This document shows, piece by piece, positions 1-12,232 of a stretch of 64,000 bases of DNA. A program made the position numbers and the translations under genes. The number at the start of each line of letters is the position of its first letter. The first letter of the stretch is position 1. The notes beneath the pieces were generated by a model. That model had not been told where the DNA came from and made no database searches. It saw only the letters and a program-made list of their open reading frames with translations. The stretch covers positions 76,606 through 140,605 of the forward strand of contig ML996709.1 of NCBI GenBank assembly GCA_010356995.1, given 5' to 3'. Origin of the DNA: Trichodelitschia bisporula (Eukaryota).

Positions 1-2
1 AA

Positions 3-1190
3 GTCAGCGCGCCGCTCATCCTTACGCTGCTGTTAACTCCGTTCTCCCTTCTCTACGCCATTCTCTCCCGAACGTTCCGCTTTACCGGGTGGCTATTCCC
101 GTTCCTTCCCCGCATATTCGCGCGTTTCAGTGGACTAGGGCCAGGAAATACTCGGTGGAGCAATGGGCGGGTCGCTCTCAAGCCCCGCGACACCGCGGCA
201 CGGTTTATACGCGAGTTTGAGGAGCAGTACAGCCCGGACACGCTGCCGTTCGTGGAGAACGGCTACGCGCAGGCCCTCGACGCTGCGAAGCAGGACCTCA
301 AGTTCCTGCTAGTTATACTCATATCTCCGGAGCACGACGACACCTCGGCATATGTCCACGACACGCTCCTGGCGCCCTCTGTCCGGGACTTCCTTCGCTC
401 CGCGTCCGACAGCCTCCTAATCTGGGGTGGCAACGTTCAGGATGCCGAAGCCTACCAGGTTTCCGAGAAACTCGGGCTCTCCAAGTTTCCATTCGCCGCC
501 CTCATCTGCCACACTCCCTCCGTGTCCTCGACCGCCATGTCCATCGTCGCCCGCCTCACCGGCCCACTCCCACCCGCCACCTTCCTCTCCCAGCTCCAGC
601 AGGCCATCGAGCGGCACGGCCCCGGACTCGACCGTGCCCGTCGTGCAAAGCAGGAGCAGCAGGCCGCGCGCTCGATCAGGGAGCAGCAAAACTCCGCGTA
701 TGAGCGTAGTCTAGCACAGGACCGTGAGCGCGCGCGGCGCAAGCGTGAAGAGGAAGAAGCGAAGGCACGGGTGGAAGAGGAGGCAAAGCGTGCGGAGGAA
801 GCGAAGCTGGCATACGAGCGTGATTTGCAGGCCTGGCGGGTGTGGCGCGCGGGGCAGATTGTTCCTGAGCCTGCTCAGGACGACAAGGAAGCCGTGCGGA
901 TCAGCATTCGCCTACCGGATGGGAAGCGCGTGGTTCGTCGGTTTGGGCCGCGGCTGGGGCTGGAGGAGTTATATGCCTTTGTCGAGTGTCACGATCTGGT
1001 TGGGACAGGCGAGACAGGTGGGTCGAAGCCTGTGGGCTTTACCCCTCAATACGGTTTCCGCCTCGTTAGCCCGATGCCGAGGGAAGTGTACTCTGTGGAT
1101 GGGGCGGGGACGGTGCGGGAGCGGATTGGGCGAAATGGGAACTTGATTGTAGAGCCTGTTGGAGAGGATGAAGATGAAGAGGAGCAGTAG
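3..1190 (+). CDS. UBX-domain p97/Cdc48 adaptor (FAF2/Ubx3/Dsc5-like), 5' partial
   Basis: Frame is open from base 3 (hydrophobic hairpin LILTLLLTPFSLLYAILS, then ARFIREFEEQY). UAS/thioredoxin-like region, coiled coil (IREQQNSAYERSLAQDRER), C-terminal UBX (ISIRLPDGKRVVRRF...LVSPMPR). Stop at 1188-1190. Confidence 0.9.
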   Translation, partial: VSAPLILTLLLTPFSLLYAILSRTFRFTGWLFPFLPRIFARFSGLGPGNTRWSNGRVALKPRDTAARFIREFEEQYSPDTLPFVENGYAQALDAAKQDLKFLLVILISPEHDDTSAYVHDTLLAPSVRDFLRSASDSLLIWGGNVQDAEAYQVSEKLGLSKFPFAALICHTPSVSSTAMSIVARLTGPLPPATFLSQLQQAIERHGPGLDRARRAKQEQQAARSIREQQNSAYERSLAQDRERARRKREEEEAKARVEEEAKRAEEAKLAYERDLQAWRVWRAGQIVPEPAQDDKEAVRISIRLPDGKRVVRRFGPRLGLEELYAFVECHDLVGTGETGGSKPVGFTPQYGFRLVSPMPREVYSVDGAGTVRERIGRNGNLIVEPVGEDEDEEEQ

Positions 1191-2100
1191 CGATATTGTC
1201 ATCATTTGCGGGGTGCATTGCTGGCGTCATTTGAATGTAGACAGACTTGTTTAACAGCGTGTGAGGGGCGTTCTGGGCGGGCCTTCTTGTGCACGCTTTT
1301 GGATTGGGTATAGAGGAGGACAGGCGGGGTGGATCGCGATCCAACGGGTGTTGGGTGTGGGGTGTATGGTCCAGCGTGGTTGCGAATGAGGGCACGGTGA
1401 TTACGGTATATTGCCCGTTGTATGTAGCCCGGGCCAGGCGCTTAATATGGCACTCTGTTCGGCGCGCTTGTTTCCTGGTTTGTGCTGTTGTTACGGGCGG
1501 GGGTGGGATATATGTGAGCGCTATTGTTGGGGGGGGGGGACGTACTTTGCGGTTACCGTGGTATGGGATGATATCTAATGGCCGTGGTGAGGGGTATCTG
1601 CAGCCACCATCTCCTCGGACTGTCCACTGACGTTGGCGTAGTTGCGATACCTCTGTCCCTATATGCCCAAGAAACACAAACAGATGATCTTCACCCGCCT
1701 AGCACTAACATACCATCCGTCCCCAAAACGGCAACCTGCCAACCTGACGATCACTCGGCGCCGTCCAGAGCCGCCCGTTAGCCCACCCAGTCGCGCTGTC
1801 GAACGGTGTCAGCCGCCCGCGGGACCCCCAATCTATGCCCCGCGTATATTACGGGCTGCGTAGAGTGCTCGTCTACCTGGCGCAGGCGGGGTATATCCGG
1901 CCGGGTGCGCGAGCTTCCTGCTCTCGCCGCTAGGACTGCGGTTCCTGGACTCGGCGTGCGTGGCTGTTTATGGGTCTGTATATAGCGGGCGTGTCTGCTG
2001 GCGGGCGCGGGGAGCTCGGGTGCTTGATACGCTCTGTGGTTGTCAATCATTGCTGTCCATCGTTCATTTCTAGGAACACTCTCGTTTGAAACTTGTAGCT

Positions 2101-2767
2101 ATGAAGTCCGCTCTGCTCCTCGCTGCCGTCGCTGGCCTCCTGGCCCCCGTGCTGGCGGACGTGCCGGCGGGCGCGCAGTGGTACACACTGAAGACGAAGG
2201 CGTACGTCCCCAGCATCGCCCCCCTACCCACCCCCCACAACCCCACTAACACTCACAAAGCAAAATCAACACCCTCTCCAACCAATACCTTACCAGCCAA
2301 AACGGCAAAATCGGCGGCTTCGCCAGCACCCGCAGCGCCCCTTCCCCAGCGGGCAAATTCTTCACCTCCACCTACGAAGGCACCAAGACCCTCTCCTTCC
2401 ACTTCGGAAACGACACGCATCAAGCCGCGCTCAGCGGCAAGGGGGGCGTGCTCGACCTCATCGACATGGAGAATCCGAGTGCGGAGACGGTGCCCGCGGG
2501 GGTGCCGACGGAGTGGAGTGTGTTCACGATAGGCCAGGGCGGGGAGGTCGGGGTTAAGGATTGGGCGGAGGGGGACATCGCGGCGCGCAGGAAGTGGATT
2601 ATGTGGCTGGAGACGGATGGGGTGTATTATGTTGGGCTTTGGGATGGTGAGCTGCGCGTGGTGTACAGGTTGGGGTGGGGCTAATGTGTGTTTTAGGTGT
2701 TACGCTGCAGCCGAGGTCGTTTGCGAATATAACGCTTATTGCGGAGAAGACGACGCCGCCGAGTTGA
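2101..2767 (+). CDS. Small secreted protein of unknown function, 3 exons (2101-2201, 2261-2647, 2697-2767)
   Basis: Signal peptide MKSALLLAAVAGLLAPVLA. Introns GTACGT..CTAAC..AAG and GTGAGC..CTAAT..TAG splice into one open frame ending PPS-TGA. Confidence 0.8.
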
Positions 2768-4137
2768 AGAGACGAGATCGCTGGGACTGGATGAGGAGAT
2801 GAGGCGGGTGAGGATGGCGTGGGTATCTTGAGGAGGCAAAGGACTGCATAATCCGATGAGGAGAGTTCAACTGTTTATATTCCCCAGAACGCAACACTAT
2901 CGAAATGAAGCATTATGTTTACTTGCAAGAGACGCAAGGTGGCCCAACCTTAGACCTGGATAAGCCGTTACCCACGTCTCAGAAGCTGAAGATTCGGCCT
3001 CGGGTTCGGATCCCATCGAGAGCCAGTCTACACCATCCCTTAGAGCGACCCGATGCGCCGCTTTCAAATTCTACAAGCCGACCCCGGTGTATATTGCCCC
3101 TAAACAAAGCCGATAACAAGGCCGAGGGGGATTGCTACGCTCCGGGCCGAGCCGGGAAGCAAGCCTGCGTTTCGAACACCCCTTTCCCGTGCCGTACAAT
3201 GTCGGCTTCTGGGAGGAGCGGCCCGGGGTTTGTCATCCATATTTGTCATTGCGCCGGTAGAGCTTCCATCTCGTCAGAATAGCCAATGCCACACGCGAGC
3301 CGAGCGGTGAGCAATTGCTACGGCTGAGACGAATGTTATTAGAATGCCGTCCGGGTGCGCTTTATTCCAGAGCCTTCGGAACTCAAATTCAGGCCTGGTC
3401 GTAGGAGTGCCCAGGGGCGAACTCCTAGGACTAAGATCACCATCGCCAGGAGAGGACGACCGCCGCGTCATCAGGACTTGCTAGGAGGCACTTGGTCAGA
3501 GACACCGGCCGCCGTACGCAACTTCGCAAATCTCACGACGGATTCCTCCTACCCCTAGAGGAAGATCAGTAAAGCTGTGCCCAGGAGACCCTGGGGTATA
3601 CTCCGCCCTGACAGCCTAAACCACCTCATCTCAAAATACGGCAGCCTATGATCCTCCCCACAGGCACCCAGCCCTCTCGAAAACGCACTCCTCACCCTCC
3701 TTGCAGAATACCCCAGGGTCCTCAACATGGCAAGGCTGAACGTCCGTCATGGCTGCTGCACGAGACCAGCAACGGCTTGCAGATGGAAGACATCTCGCTT
3801 CTAGCGCATTTCCTCTTCTGGAAATCAACCTAGCCCTGCAATGCGAGGGTAAGGGTCACGCCAGCAGCACCCGGGAACGGACACTCCTCACCCTGGGTTT
3901 CGTGAAAAGCAACACCTCGCGTGCCAAACCCTGCAGATCCAGGGCTGTCACATCTCCATCTGAAACTCGAGAAGCATGGAGGTCGGCGAGACAATGATCG
4001 TCATACAACCGCTGCTCGAAGAGACACACAGTGAAAGCAGACCGCGATCCTGCCGCCGCGACTTCGACTCCCTTTTTAGTGTGACGCCTGATGCTCCTGG
4101 AGGACCCGTGCTCCTTCCAGGTACGTGTGACACATTC

Positions 4138-4379
4138 GTGTTGATGACTTCGAGATTCCAGATCAGCCGTCGATACTCGGACGCGTACTCATCAACTGTC
4201 TTAAACATAGACAGTGCACACTGCATCCAGCCATGGTGGTCCTCGAACGCTTGTATAAGCCTGTCGACATTGGGACGTTCAATTAAACCTGTATCGGCTG
4301 GATGTAGTGCGCCACTGTCTACTTTCAAGACAGTTGATGAGTAACAAGAGCTGATCTCGAATCTTGAAGCCATCAACAC
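4138..4379. repeat. Long imperfect inverted repeat (fold-back)
   Basis: GTGTTGATGACTTCGAGATTCCAGATCAGC and TACTCATCAACTGTCTTAAACATAGACAGTGCACACTGCATCCAGCC (4138-4232) match the reverse complement of ~4295-4379. Centre is near TGTCGACA (~4265). Confidence 0.8.
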
Positions 4380-7300
4380 AACGGAACCGATACGTCTTAG
4401 CAGGCCACTGCAGAGCAGCCCAGCCCCACCTTCTTCCCCATGACGAACTCCATGATATTCACCGAATAGCGTAAAAGGAGATGAATGCCGCCCTTTGCAT
4501 CCCAAAACGCCTCCAGTTTTGCTAAAAATGGACACCAGAGCCGCAAGCAGCCATGCAGCCTTGACCGACCCCACAGCGCAAAGAGAGCCTGCCCCTGCCA
4601 CATGACCTTCTATTTCGTCTTCGATAGCTTCGACTTATTTCCACCATCGAAGGGGGCCTGCCGGATCCGGCGTCCGTGCACAAAGAGAAGGCACAATGCC
4701 ATAGACGCCCACGAGTGGGAGGATCAGCCCATAACTACAGCGCTTAGCCGCACTGATGAAGGGGATGTGACCGGCACCCCGCACCTCCAATGCGGTGATC
4801 TGCATGTCCAGTGAGGGAAGATGAAGGGCGGGAGGAGCGCAGGAGACCGTCGCCCGCCACTCACAGTGTGCAGATGGAGAAGGGTGGGTTGGGGACAAAG
4901 CGAAAGTGATCTTCAACCGCACACTGGTCGCTAGCACGGCATTTACCACAGGATCCGCTGAAAGCACAGAGCCGAAACGGGAAACCTTCTAGACGCAGCG
5001 AAGACGCCTCCTCTGCGAAATCGATAGTGCCATGATTGGACTTCTTGCCGAGAACTTCACGACAGGACTTGAAAAGCTAGTTGCGCCGAGACCGAGCGCT
5101 TCGGGTGGGGGTTATGCACTTCGGAATTGCCGACCTCGCACCAAGCAGCCTGATGCTCAGCGCAGGCCGAGAACTGCTTTCCATGCCGATGAAAATTAAC
5201 TCCACATCTCACAGGGTGAATTTGAGACATGCCCGAGACACAACAATTGGAGCAGGATCCAGCCGAAGCCCGCACCGTATGCGGCTGCCGCGTCAGCCCG
5301 CCGGCTGCAGGTGCCCGGCAGCACGCCGTACGATAGAAGCTTCCTCCTTGGAGAGCACCTAAGGCTGCAGGCTGCAAGAGCCCGACCTCGTGACTGAAGA
5401 CTGGCGTCCCGCCTCCGACGGGCTTCGTGGCGCAATCCTGCTAATCCTCCGGCAGGGCCGCGGTGTGCACTCTCTTATAATTGCCTTGTAACTGATCGAA
5501 GCAGACAAAGATGAGCGCCTTCGCCGCCTCGTGGCTCTCTTCTACGCCACTGCCGGCGAGGCCGCGTCGGGGGTGTCTGGGCGCATCTAGAGACTAGTGG
5601 CCTCTCACTGTGCCGCCGAGATCGGGAATAATGCTCCTCTTGACCACCCACTGCCTCTGCGCGGGTGGTCCGTGAGCCTAGACGCCCACGCGCTGTGCAG
5701 CAACGAATTGCGCATTGTCGTCGCATCGGACCACGTGAAGTGATGCCGCACAGGGCAAGTCGACTCGAAGCCTCGACGGACCGATGCAGCATCGATAGGC
5801 AAGTCCCACGCTGCACACGAATCCTGTCGGGTAGGCGTACCTCTTCACATCTCCAGCGATGCCCGCCGACGAAGTACTCCCCACACCGACCATTTTGAGA
5901 CTTCATCATACGAGGGCGACCCTCCCTCCCCACCGTCGCGCAGCACCAGAACACCCTTCTGCGTACCGGGAGACGTTTCTGTGTTACGTATTGACATTAC
6001 GCGCCCGCTCTGTGCCCCTCGCCGCCGATATACGCGCCAGTGCTTCCTGAGATTCCTCACGGAGGCCGCTGCTGTCAAGAGGGTGAGCACCCTGGGCGTT
6101 CGAGTCGCACGAGGCAGACGCGCGAACGAAAGTCGCCGGGGAGAGCCACTCCTCCCTATTGGCAGCGGTGCATCAGGTACGCCTCCAGCGGCGCCAGGCG
6201 CGCGATGGGCGACAGAGCGCGTCACTATAACCAGGGGGAGCGCGGTGGTCGTGGGGCATCCAGATGGCGCATTGATGTCGCGAAGCCGGTAAACTGGTTG
6301 ATCCGTGGGCCGGCGGTTGGCGCGCATCATCTGGCTGGATCGTCGAATAATTTTGTCCGAAAATGTGGAGTACACAGTGCGTTCCCCGTTGCTACAGTGG
6401 AGCGCCGAGCGGTTGCCATTGTTGTATCCGTAGAGCCACCTCTCCCAAGTATCAGCGAACGGCATTTTTTCGATTCCATGATCGCTGAAACAGTATGGTG
6501 GTTCTCCCCCCTGGTGAAGCTTGGATCCCAGGCCGGCCAATGCCGTCAGTATCTGCGTATGCTGTGTGACATCCTTCGTCGCAATCCCCAGTAGAGCGGG
6601 GCGTCCGGCCATCAAAAAATTCTATGCAGAGCCTGACTGACCAATGACGCAGGAAGAAGGATCCATCTTGTCGTCGGTGGCAGACTGAACGTTTGCCAGA
6701 AATGTGTGATCAACTCATAAATAGAAATGCGCATCTCAACGCGGCTGCGGCAACTCCAGCGAATCGCAGGTTTTGGTGCAACAGCTTTCCCCATCGACCA
6801 TCCATCCCAATCAGGCCTTGGTTTGCGGTGCATGAGAAGCTGGGGTGCTCTCTCTCGAACATTTGAACGTCGACGCTGGGGAAGCCAGTCAATCACCGGT
6901 ACTTTGGCATGACTTCTGTCCTGCTGGTTGTCGCATTGGTGTTGGCGTGGCTGCTGTGCAACCAACCAAGTACCGGTACATTCCCTTCAAGGCAGACAGG
7001 AATTGCCGCCCCACCTCCCCGACCTCGTCCCCCCGGATCTGAGCAACAGATGCGCAGCTTGTTTTGAGGACGAACCGACAGCTTGGGAGGGAGGATCGCA
7101 GCGACTATACCAATAATCTTCCTAGAGATTCAGATGACTTGCATATGCGTCCTGGTCGACCAAATCCCCCCCCCCCAGCCCATCCCCCCAAGGGCTAATG
7201 GGGAGAGGACGAAGGATTCTGTGTCGTTGCTGGAAGCCACTGGTGACCACTGGCGCGGAGATGGACTTTGGTCGCTCATAGGACGGAAGGACCAGTTCCC

Positions 7301-7943
7301 AGTGGAATGGATGAGGTGGACGAGGTGGCTTTACAACGTTCCATTCTCACAAGATGCTGGTGGCTGAGGTTGCAGAGTGTTGCAGTGCCTGTGGTCTGGG
7401 CTTTCGAGTGCGTTTTGAAGTGCTCGGTGACCGCGTATACCTCCCCTTCTCCGTTTTTCTCCTCGACATCTTTTTCCTCAGGAGCACGCTCGAGTTCACA
7501 ATCTGCAAGGTCCATTTAGCCTTCTCTACCACCAAGCGCACTATACACTCACTGCTCGCTGCCAAAGTGGGTCCCTTGCAGTTGGCTTGGTCCATCGGTT
7601 CCTGGAGAGATTGAGACTCAGATCCCTTGGGCGTCACACTCGAACTACCCCCGCACGGCGGCTGGGCCTGGCATCGAGGCTCCGCGCTCTCTGAGGGATC
7701 GGCAAACGGCCGGATACACCATTCCAAGGGTGCCATCTCAATCTAATCGCGGTCGCGAACGCGTCCGAACCTTTGGCTAAGTATCAGGTGCCACACAGGC
7801 TAGTACCCAGGTCGATTAGTCTTTGCCACCTTCACTCGGCTGAGGGGTAATGGGTTTAAAGATCCATAACGCCGCCCTCCCTTGATCATCTTGAATCATT
7901 CAAGGGAATTTGTCTCGAGGAATTTATTTCCATCCTTTACCAT

Positions 7944-9374
7944 ATGTTCATGGTATGCAAACAGATGTCCATGTACTCCAGGAGACAGCCGACCATGGAC
8001 CGCCTATGTGTCGACACCAGACTGCCCGACGAGCAGCATCACGGATTTGCGACGCCACTGACATCGTGCGGTGAGCGAAGGTCTTCCATCGGGTCGGCCA
8101 ACTGGTCATTCGTCGCCAATGACTTGGGAGTCTCGACTCAGCTGATGAGTGCCGCCTCGTCTTTTCACTCAACCGGTCTCGCCACGCCGTTGTCGTCAAT
8201 GTGTGGAGATCGTCGGTCTTCCATCGGGTCATCTCACTGGACTTTTGTCCCTCACGGTCCAGGCTCATCGTCCCACCCATCCAGTATAAGTTCCAGCTTT
8301 CAAGAACCATCGACACCGGTACGCGACATGCCGAGTGCCGAGATGGAGATTAACCTGGGAGCCATATCCCCCTGTCCGGTCGACAACTGGGACTCCTCTG
8401 GTGACCAGACGACGCTCCAAAGTGCCTCACCAGCAACGGTTTTCGGCTTCGAACCTGAGTACAAGGTTTGCCAGCCACATCCCGAAAGCTCGCCACAGGC
8501 GAATTTTGCCGAGTGGCCAGTCCCCGAGATGCCATACTTCTTCAACCCCGACAGCACTGAATTCACTCCGCAAATGCCATACGCCCAAAATCAGGTTCGC
8601 GTTTCCGAGCCGACCAGCTGGCCCATTGACCTTCACACTCCGGTCAAGAACGAAGACGGCCCCGGTTCCATGTATTTCACTCCGCGGGGCGAAACGGCTG
8701 ATCCGGTGTACACCTGGTACCATCCCCTCGCGTACAGCGACAGCTCGACCATGGTGCAACCAGGTACGCCAATGCAAGAGAAGGCTCCGACTCTGCTGCC
8801 GTCCCAGACGTTCGACTACGGCGCTATGAGCCCTAGTTACCGGGGCGAAAAGGATGCCGAAGAGTGGTCGCGAAAACCTGTACGCCGCATGTGCAAGAAA
8901 GGACTTCGCGGTAGCAGGCAGCCAACACAAGCTAGGAAACGGAGGGACATGCCAAAGGTCCCCGGTGTGCGGCTACGGCTCAACGAACCGGTCAAAGTGT
9001 GCGCTCGGAAGAAGCTCCGCTGCCAGCACATCCTCGAGGATGGCGAGCAGTGCTCAGGGAGCTTCTGGCGTGTCGAGCATCTGACGCGCCACGAAAAGAT
9101 TCACACAGGCGAGCTGCCGTTCCGGTGCCGGGTGGCGGCATGCACGAATAAGGGTCTGGGGCGCCAGGACAACCTGAGGGACCACTACAAGACGCATTTG
9201 AAGATGTCGGATTCGGGGAGAAACGAGCGATACCCGGCGGACAAGCTTTTCGAGCTGCTGCGGGAGAAGGAGGACCCGGAAGAAGCGGAGAAAATCATCA
9301 CCAAGTTGAAAAAGTGGATGGCCGATGGCGGCCACTTGAAAGATTTTCGGTCATCATCGCGCAAGTTGCATTGA
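7944..9374 (+). CDS. C2H2 zinc-finger transcription factor (two fingers, BrlA-like layout)
   Basis: 476-aa ORF. C-x8-C...F-x-R-x-EHLTRHEKIH-TGELPF-C-x4-C...RQDNLRDHYKTH, preceded by a Ser/Pro-rich region. Confidence 0.85.
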   Translation: MFMVCKQMSMYSRRQPTMDRLCVDTRLPDEQHHGFATPLTSCGERRSSIGSANWSFVANDLGVSTQLMSAASSFHSTGLATPLSSMCGDRRSSIGSSHWTFVPHGPGSSSHPSSISSSFQEPSTPVRDMPSAEMEINLGAISPCPVDNWDSSGDQTTLQSASPATVFGFEPEYKVCQPHPESSPQANFAEWPVPEMPYFFNPDSTEFTPQMPYAQNQVRVSEPTSWPIDLHTPVKNEDGPGSMYFTPRGETADPVYTWYHPLAYSDSSTMVQPGTPMQEKAPTLLPSQTFDYGAMSPSYRGEKDAEEWSRKPVRRMCKKGLRGSRQPTQARKRRDMPKVPGVRLRLNEPVKVCARKKLRCQHILEDGEQCSGSFWRVEHLTRHEKIHTGELPFRCRVAACTNKGLGRQDNLRDHYKTHLKMSDSGRNERYPADKLFELLREKEDPEEAEKIITKLKKWMADGGHLKDFRSSSRKLH

Positions 9375-10473
9375 TATTGAGGACAGTAGTGGTGGGGGGT
9401 AACTGCGGGCGTTCATAGTTGGTGTTGGTGTTGGTATCGGAGTCGGGGATGATGTAATGTATATCGGGCTATGTCGGCGTACGGACAAAATGGTTACTGC
9501 TGCGTGTGGATGCTAAGATATAAAGGGGCAGTAGGTAGGTAGACAGCGTCTGCTGGAGCAATGAAGTGAGGTTGAACACTTTGAATTCTCATGCTGTGAG
9601 GTCTCGAGATAGTTTCGACGTCGTTGGATAGCTGCATGCTAATCACGTGATGGCGCAACCCTTAATCATCGACGATCTCAAACAACAACGGGTTGAGAGA
9701 GGACGATAAACACCACATTTACCACAGTAACATCTTCTTCTTTTCGACAAGTTTCGATTCCTCAGCCTAGTGGTCAAGACTGTGGTGCCCGCACTCGGTG
9801 CCCTGCAGATATCCCCCGCTATTACTGGGGACAAACTGCCCGCACCCACGTCCCAATTCGGGCCGTCGATACAGCCACGTTGACTCAGCAAAATCTTACT
9901 CGGCTCAACCTCGGCTCAATACGCTCACGATTGCACCGCCTCAACTCACGCTTGCTCACGGTCACCTCAAACTCAATCATGGTCGCTCACGCTTGAATCT
10001 GGCTGCCTCAGGCTGCTCATGCTGTCGCTCAGTCTCACACTCGCGGTCCTGGTTCTGGGCCCCTCGTCATCTGAGCAGCCACGCAGTATGCGATGGGAAA
10101 AATGTCAAGTCGACGCGACCCTGTTGGGGGTCCCAGTTTCGGGATCCCCTTCATAGAGCGGCTGGAGGTGATTCACCGCCGGCGGGCTTGCTGATGCAAT
10201 AGGATGAGGCCCCTTAGGCGTAGCTGTCTGGATGGGATGATGGTGGTTGGATCATAGGGCGTCCTCTCCGTGTCACTCATTTCATGTTGAGCAAGGAAAT
10301 CCAGTCTCCCCTTCCCTCTAGAATCTTCAGCTGATGCGGGTTTTCAATATCAAACCAGTCTTCTCATTCTCTGTGTCCCTTCATTCTCTTTCTTTAAGTT
10401 CAATTGAACTCTTACACCATTTATCTTGCTTGCAGCACATTCAATATTATTACATCTCTTCTCCGGCCAGAGA

Positions 10474-10812
10474 ATGGCGAGAGGGAAGAATCCCGAAGCA
10501 CATTTCATTCGAGCGAGGGCGAGGGGCGCTCAGAAGGATACAGGGATCGTCAACGACAAGCCAGTGTTGAAGGGCCTTGAAGATGGGACGAAGCGAAATC
10601 ATCGGAGACAATTGGCTCTCTGGGACCAGTTTGTGGAAGACAACTTGAAGTTAAAACTGACAGTTTCAGTCCACAGCTTGAAATGGATGAAAGACTTCGT
10701 AAAGCATGTGGCACTCGGCATGGACGGGCAGAGAGGATATGATGACCCCGATAGCGACACAGACGAGGACGAGGACGGCTGGATACCTCCATGCGTCGAA
10801 AGCGTTCGAAAC
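10474..10812 (+). pseudogene. N-terminal fragment of a DUF3435-like (Starship captain) tyrosine recombinase, truncated by an LTR
   Basis: MARGKNPEAHFIRARARGAQKDTGI...RQLALWDQF...SLKWMKDFVKHVALGMDG...P..ESVRN resembles my recollection of captain N-termini (W..F...LK..KDFV...A.G.DG). Ends exactly at the LTR TGTCA at 10813. No catalytic domain remains. Confidence 0.6.
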
Positions 10813-11075
10813 TGTCACGGGGTGAGAAGTGAGAACACTAAGCACACTCGTTTGGATGCGAAGAGGTTCGATTGAACTTTCTACATAATGAAGGACAAGC
10901 GACTTAAGTACAAGAGTGTAAACACAGCTGTTAGTAAGCTTCTCCGAGTGTCTCGGGCGTTGCTAAGGAACATCCCGCCCTGGGCGGGATGAGGCTGAAC
11001 GCACATGCATGCTGATCGCGGCGGGTATGGCAGAACGCGCCTTAGCGCCAAGGAACCATGGGCTAGCCCATGACA
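10813..11075 (-). mobile_element. Solo LTR family A, copy 1 (263 bp)
   Basis: TGTCA...TGACA termini. Reverse complement of 13406-13668 with 2 differences seen. Flanks GAAAC / AGGAA, so no TSD. Confidence 0.9.
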
Positions 11076-11599
11076 AGGAATGGTTCGGGGAAGTGTCCGG
11101 CATGTAGGCATGCCGTGAACAGTTGTCCCAGGCGGCCCGATATTAGAGTCTTGCATGCCTTGAGAGCTTTGTTGGGGATCTGGTCCGGTCCTGGAGCCTT
11201 CCCATTGGGGGAGCGGCTGATTGTGGATTCCACCTCCTCTTTGGTAATTTCCTTTTTCATTTCGTGGCGCACGGATGGGATTCGCGCATGTGGTATGTCG
11301 GAGAGATCCGCACTCACTGGCGGGGGTGGAGCTTATCGGCTAGGATATCTGCCTTCCCTTCGTTGTCCGTTACCAACGGGTCATCTTTATCCGCGTGGAG
11401 GGCTGGCAGTTGTGGGGCGAGTGGGGGTTTGCCGGCTCGCGTGCGTGACCACTTTGAGATCCTCCAGAGGGTCGCGTTGTGGGGGACATCGGGATTTTGC
11501 GTTTCGCGGTGGAGAAATTGGCGCCATGAGTTGGTCCTATCGTGGCGAATCTTGCGCTTGAGTTGGTTGGTAAGTCGCTTGTGCTCAATAGGTCGGGGT
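11076..11599 (-). mobile_element. Fragment of a Tad1-like LINE ORF2 (region just upstream of RT), frameshifted
   Basis: KRKIRHDRTNSWRQFL...LWRISKWSR..GKPP.APQLPAL...DNEGKADILA, then in another frame ADLSDI...EITKEEVESTISRSPNGKAPGPDQIPNKALK...LFTACLHAGHFPEPF. Cut at both ends by LTRs. Confidence 0.85.
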
Positions 11600-11915
11600 T
11601 GATAAGGGTCTGCAGTAAAGTTGATAGTAGAGAAGTAGATGATCTCTCCCTTAACTCTTAAGGGGAGAGCAGTGGTTATATACAGAGTTGCACAGGGCTA
11701 CGTAGCTGTTCGGGTAGAGTTACCCGTACTAAGCTGGAGAGGAGACTAGCTAGCGGACGCATTGACCAAGCCGGATTGGAACAGGTTAGAGAGGCGGCTA
11801 TCCAAGCCGCCGGAGCATCGAGCCAATATACTAAGAGCCTAGTCCATGTATCTGTACCAACGCTTGCAGATAACCAAAGTCCCAACACACCAAGGTCTGT
11901 GTGTGGGGGCTGACA
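11600..11915 (-). mobile_element. Solo LTR family B (~316 bp)
   Basis: Minus strand reads TGTCAG...TATATAA...TTATCA (TG..CA ends with an internal TATA). Flanks GGGGT / CAAAG do not match. Confidence 0.65.
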
Positions 11916-12232
11916 CAAAGTGTGAGGACAGAAGGAAAACGTAGGTTTCCGTAGATTGACGTAGACTGAACTGACCTCCTGAATCTACCATCCAGGAGAT
12001 ATCTAAATACAATGAATGTGCTGTGCCTATTTAGGCAACCATACTATCTAAGAAGGAGAGATGAGTCAAATGCCTGACTCAAAGTGAACGACTAATAGTA
12101 CCCGAAGGCTACAGTGAACCATGACCAGTCTGACTCAGAGTGCTGCCTATTCCTGACCGGAATCCGAAGGCTGAACTGTAGAGTTATCCATCCACCGTCT
12201 GACAGTATTCCCATGTTCTCACGCCCCTGTCT

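Noticed and set aside
2905..7740. ORFs such as 3948-4601 and 5845-6615
   Set aside because: No recognisable domain, codon pattern or consistent splice structure. One overlaps the fold-back repeat.
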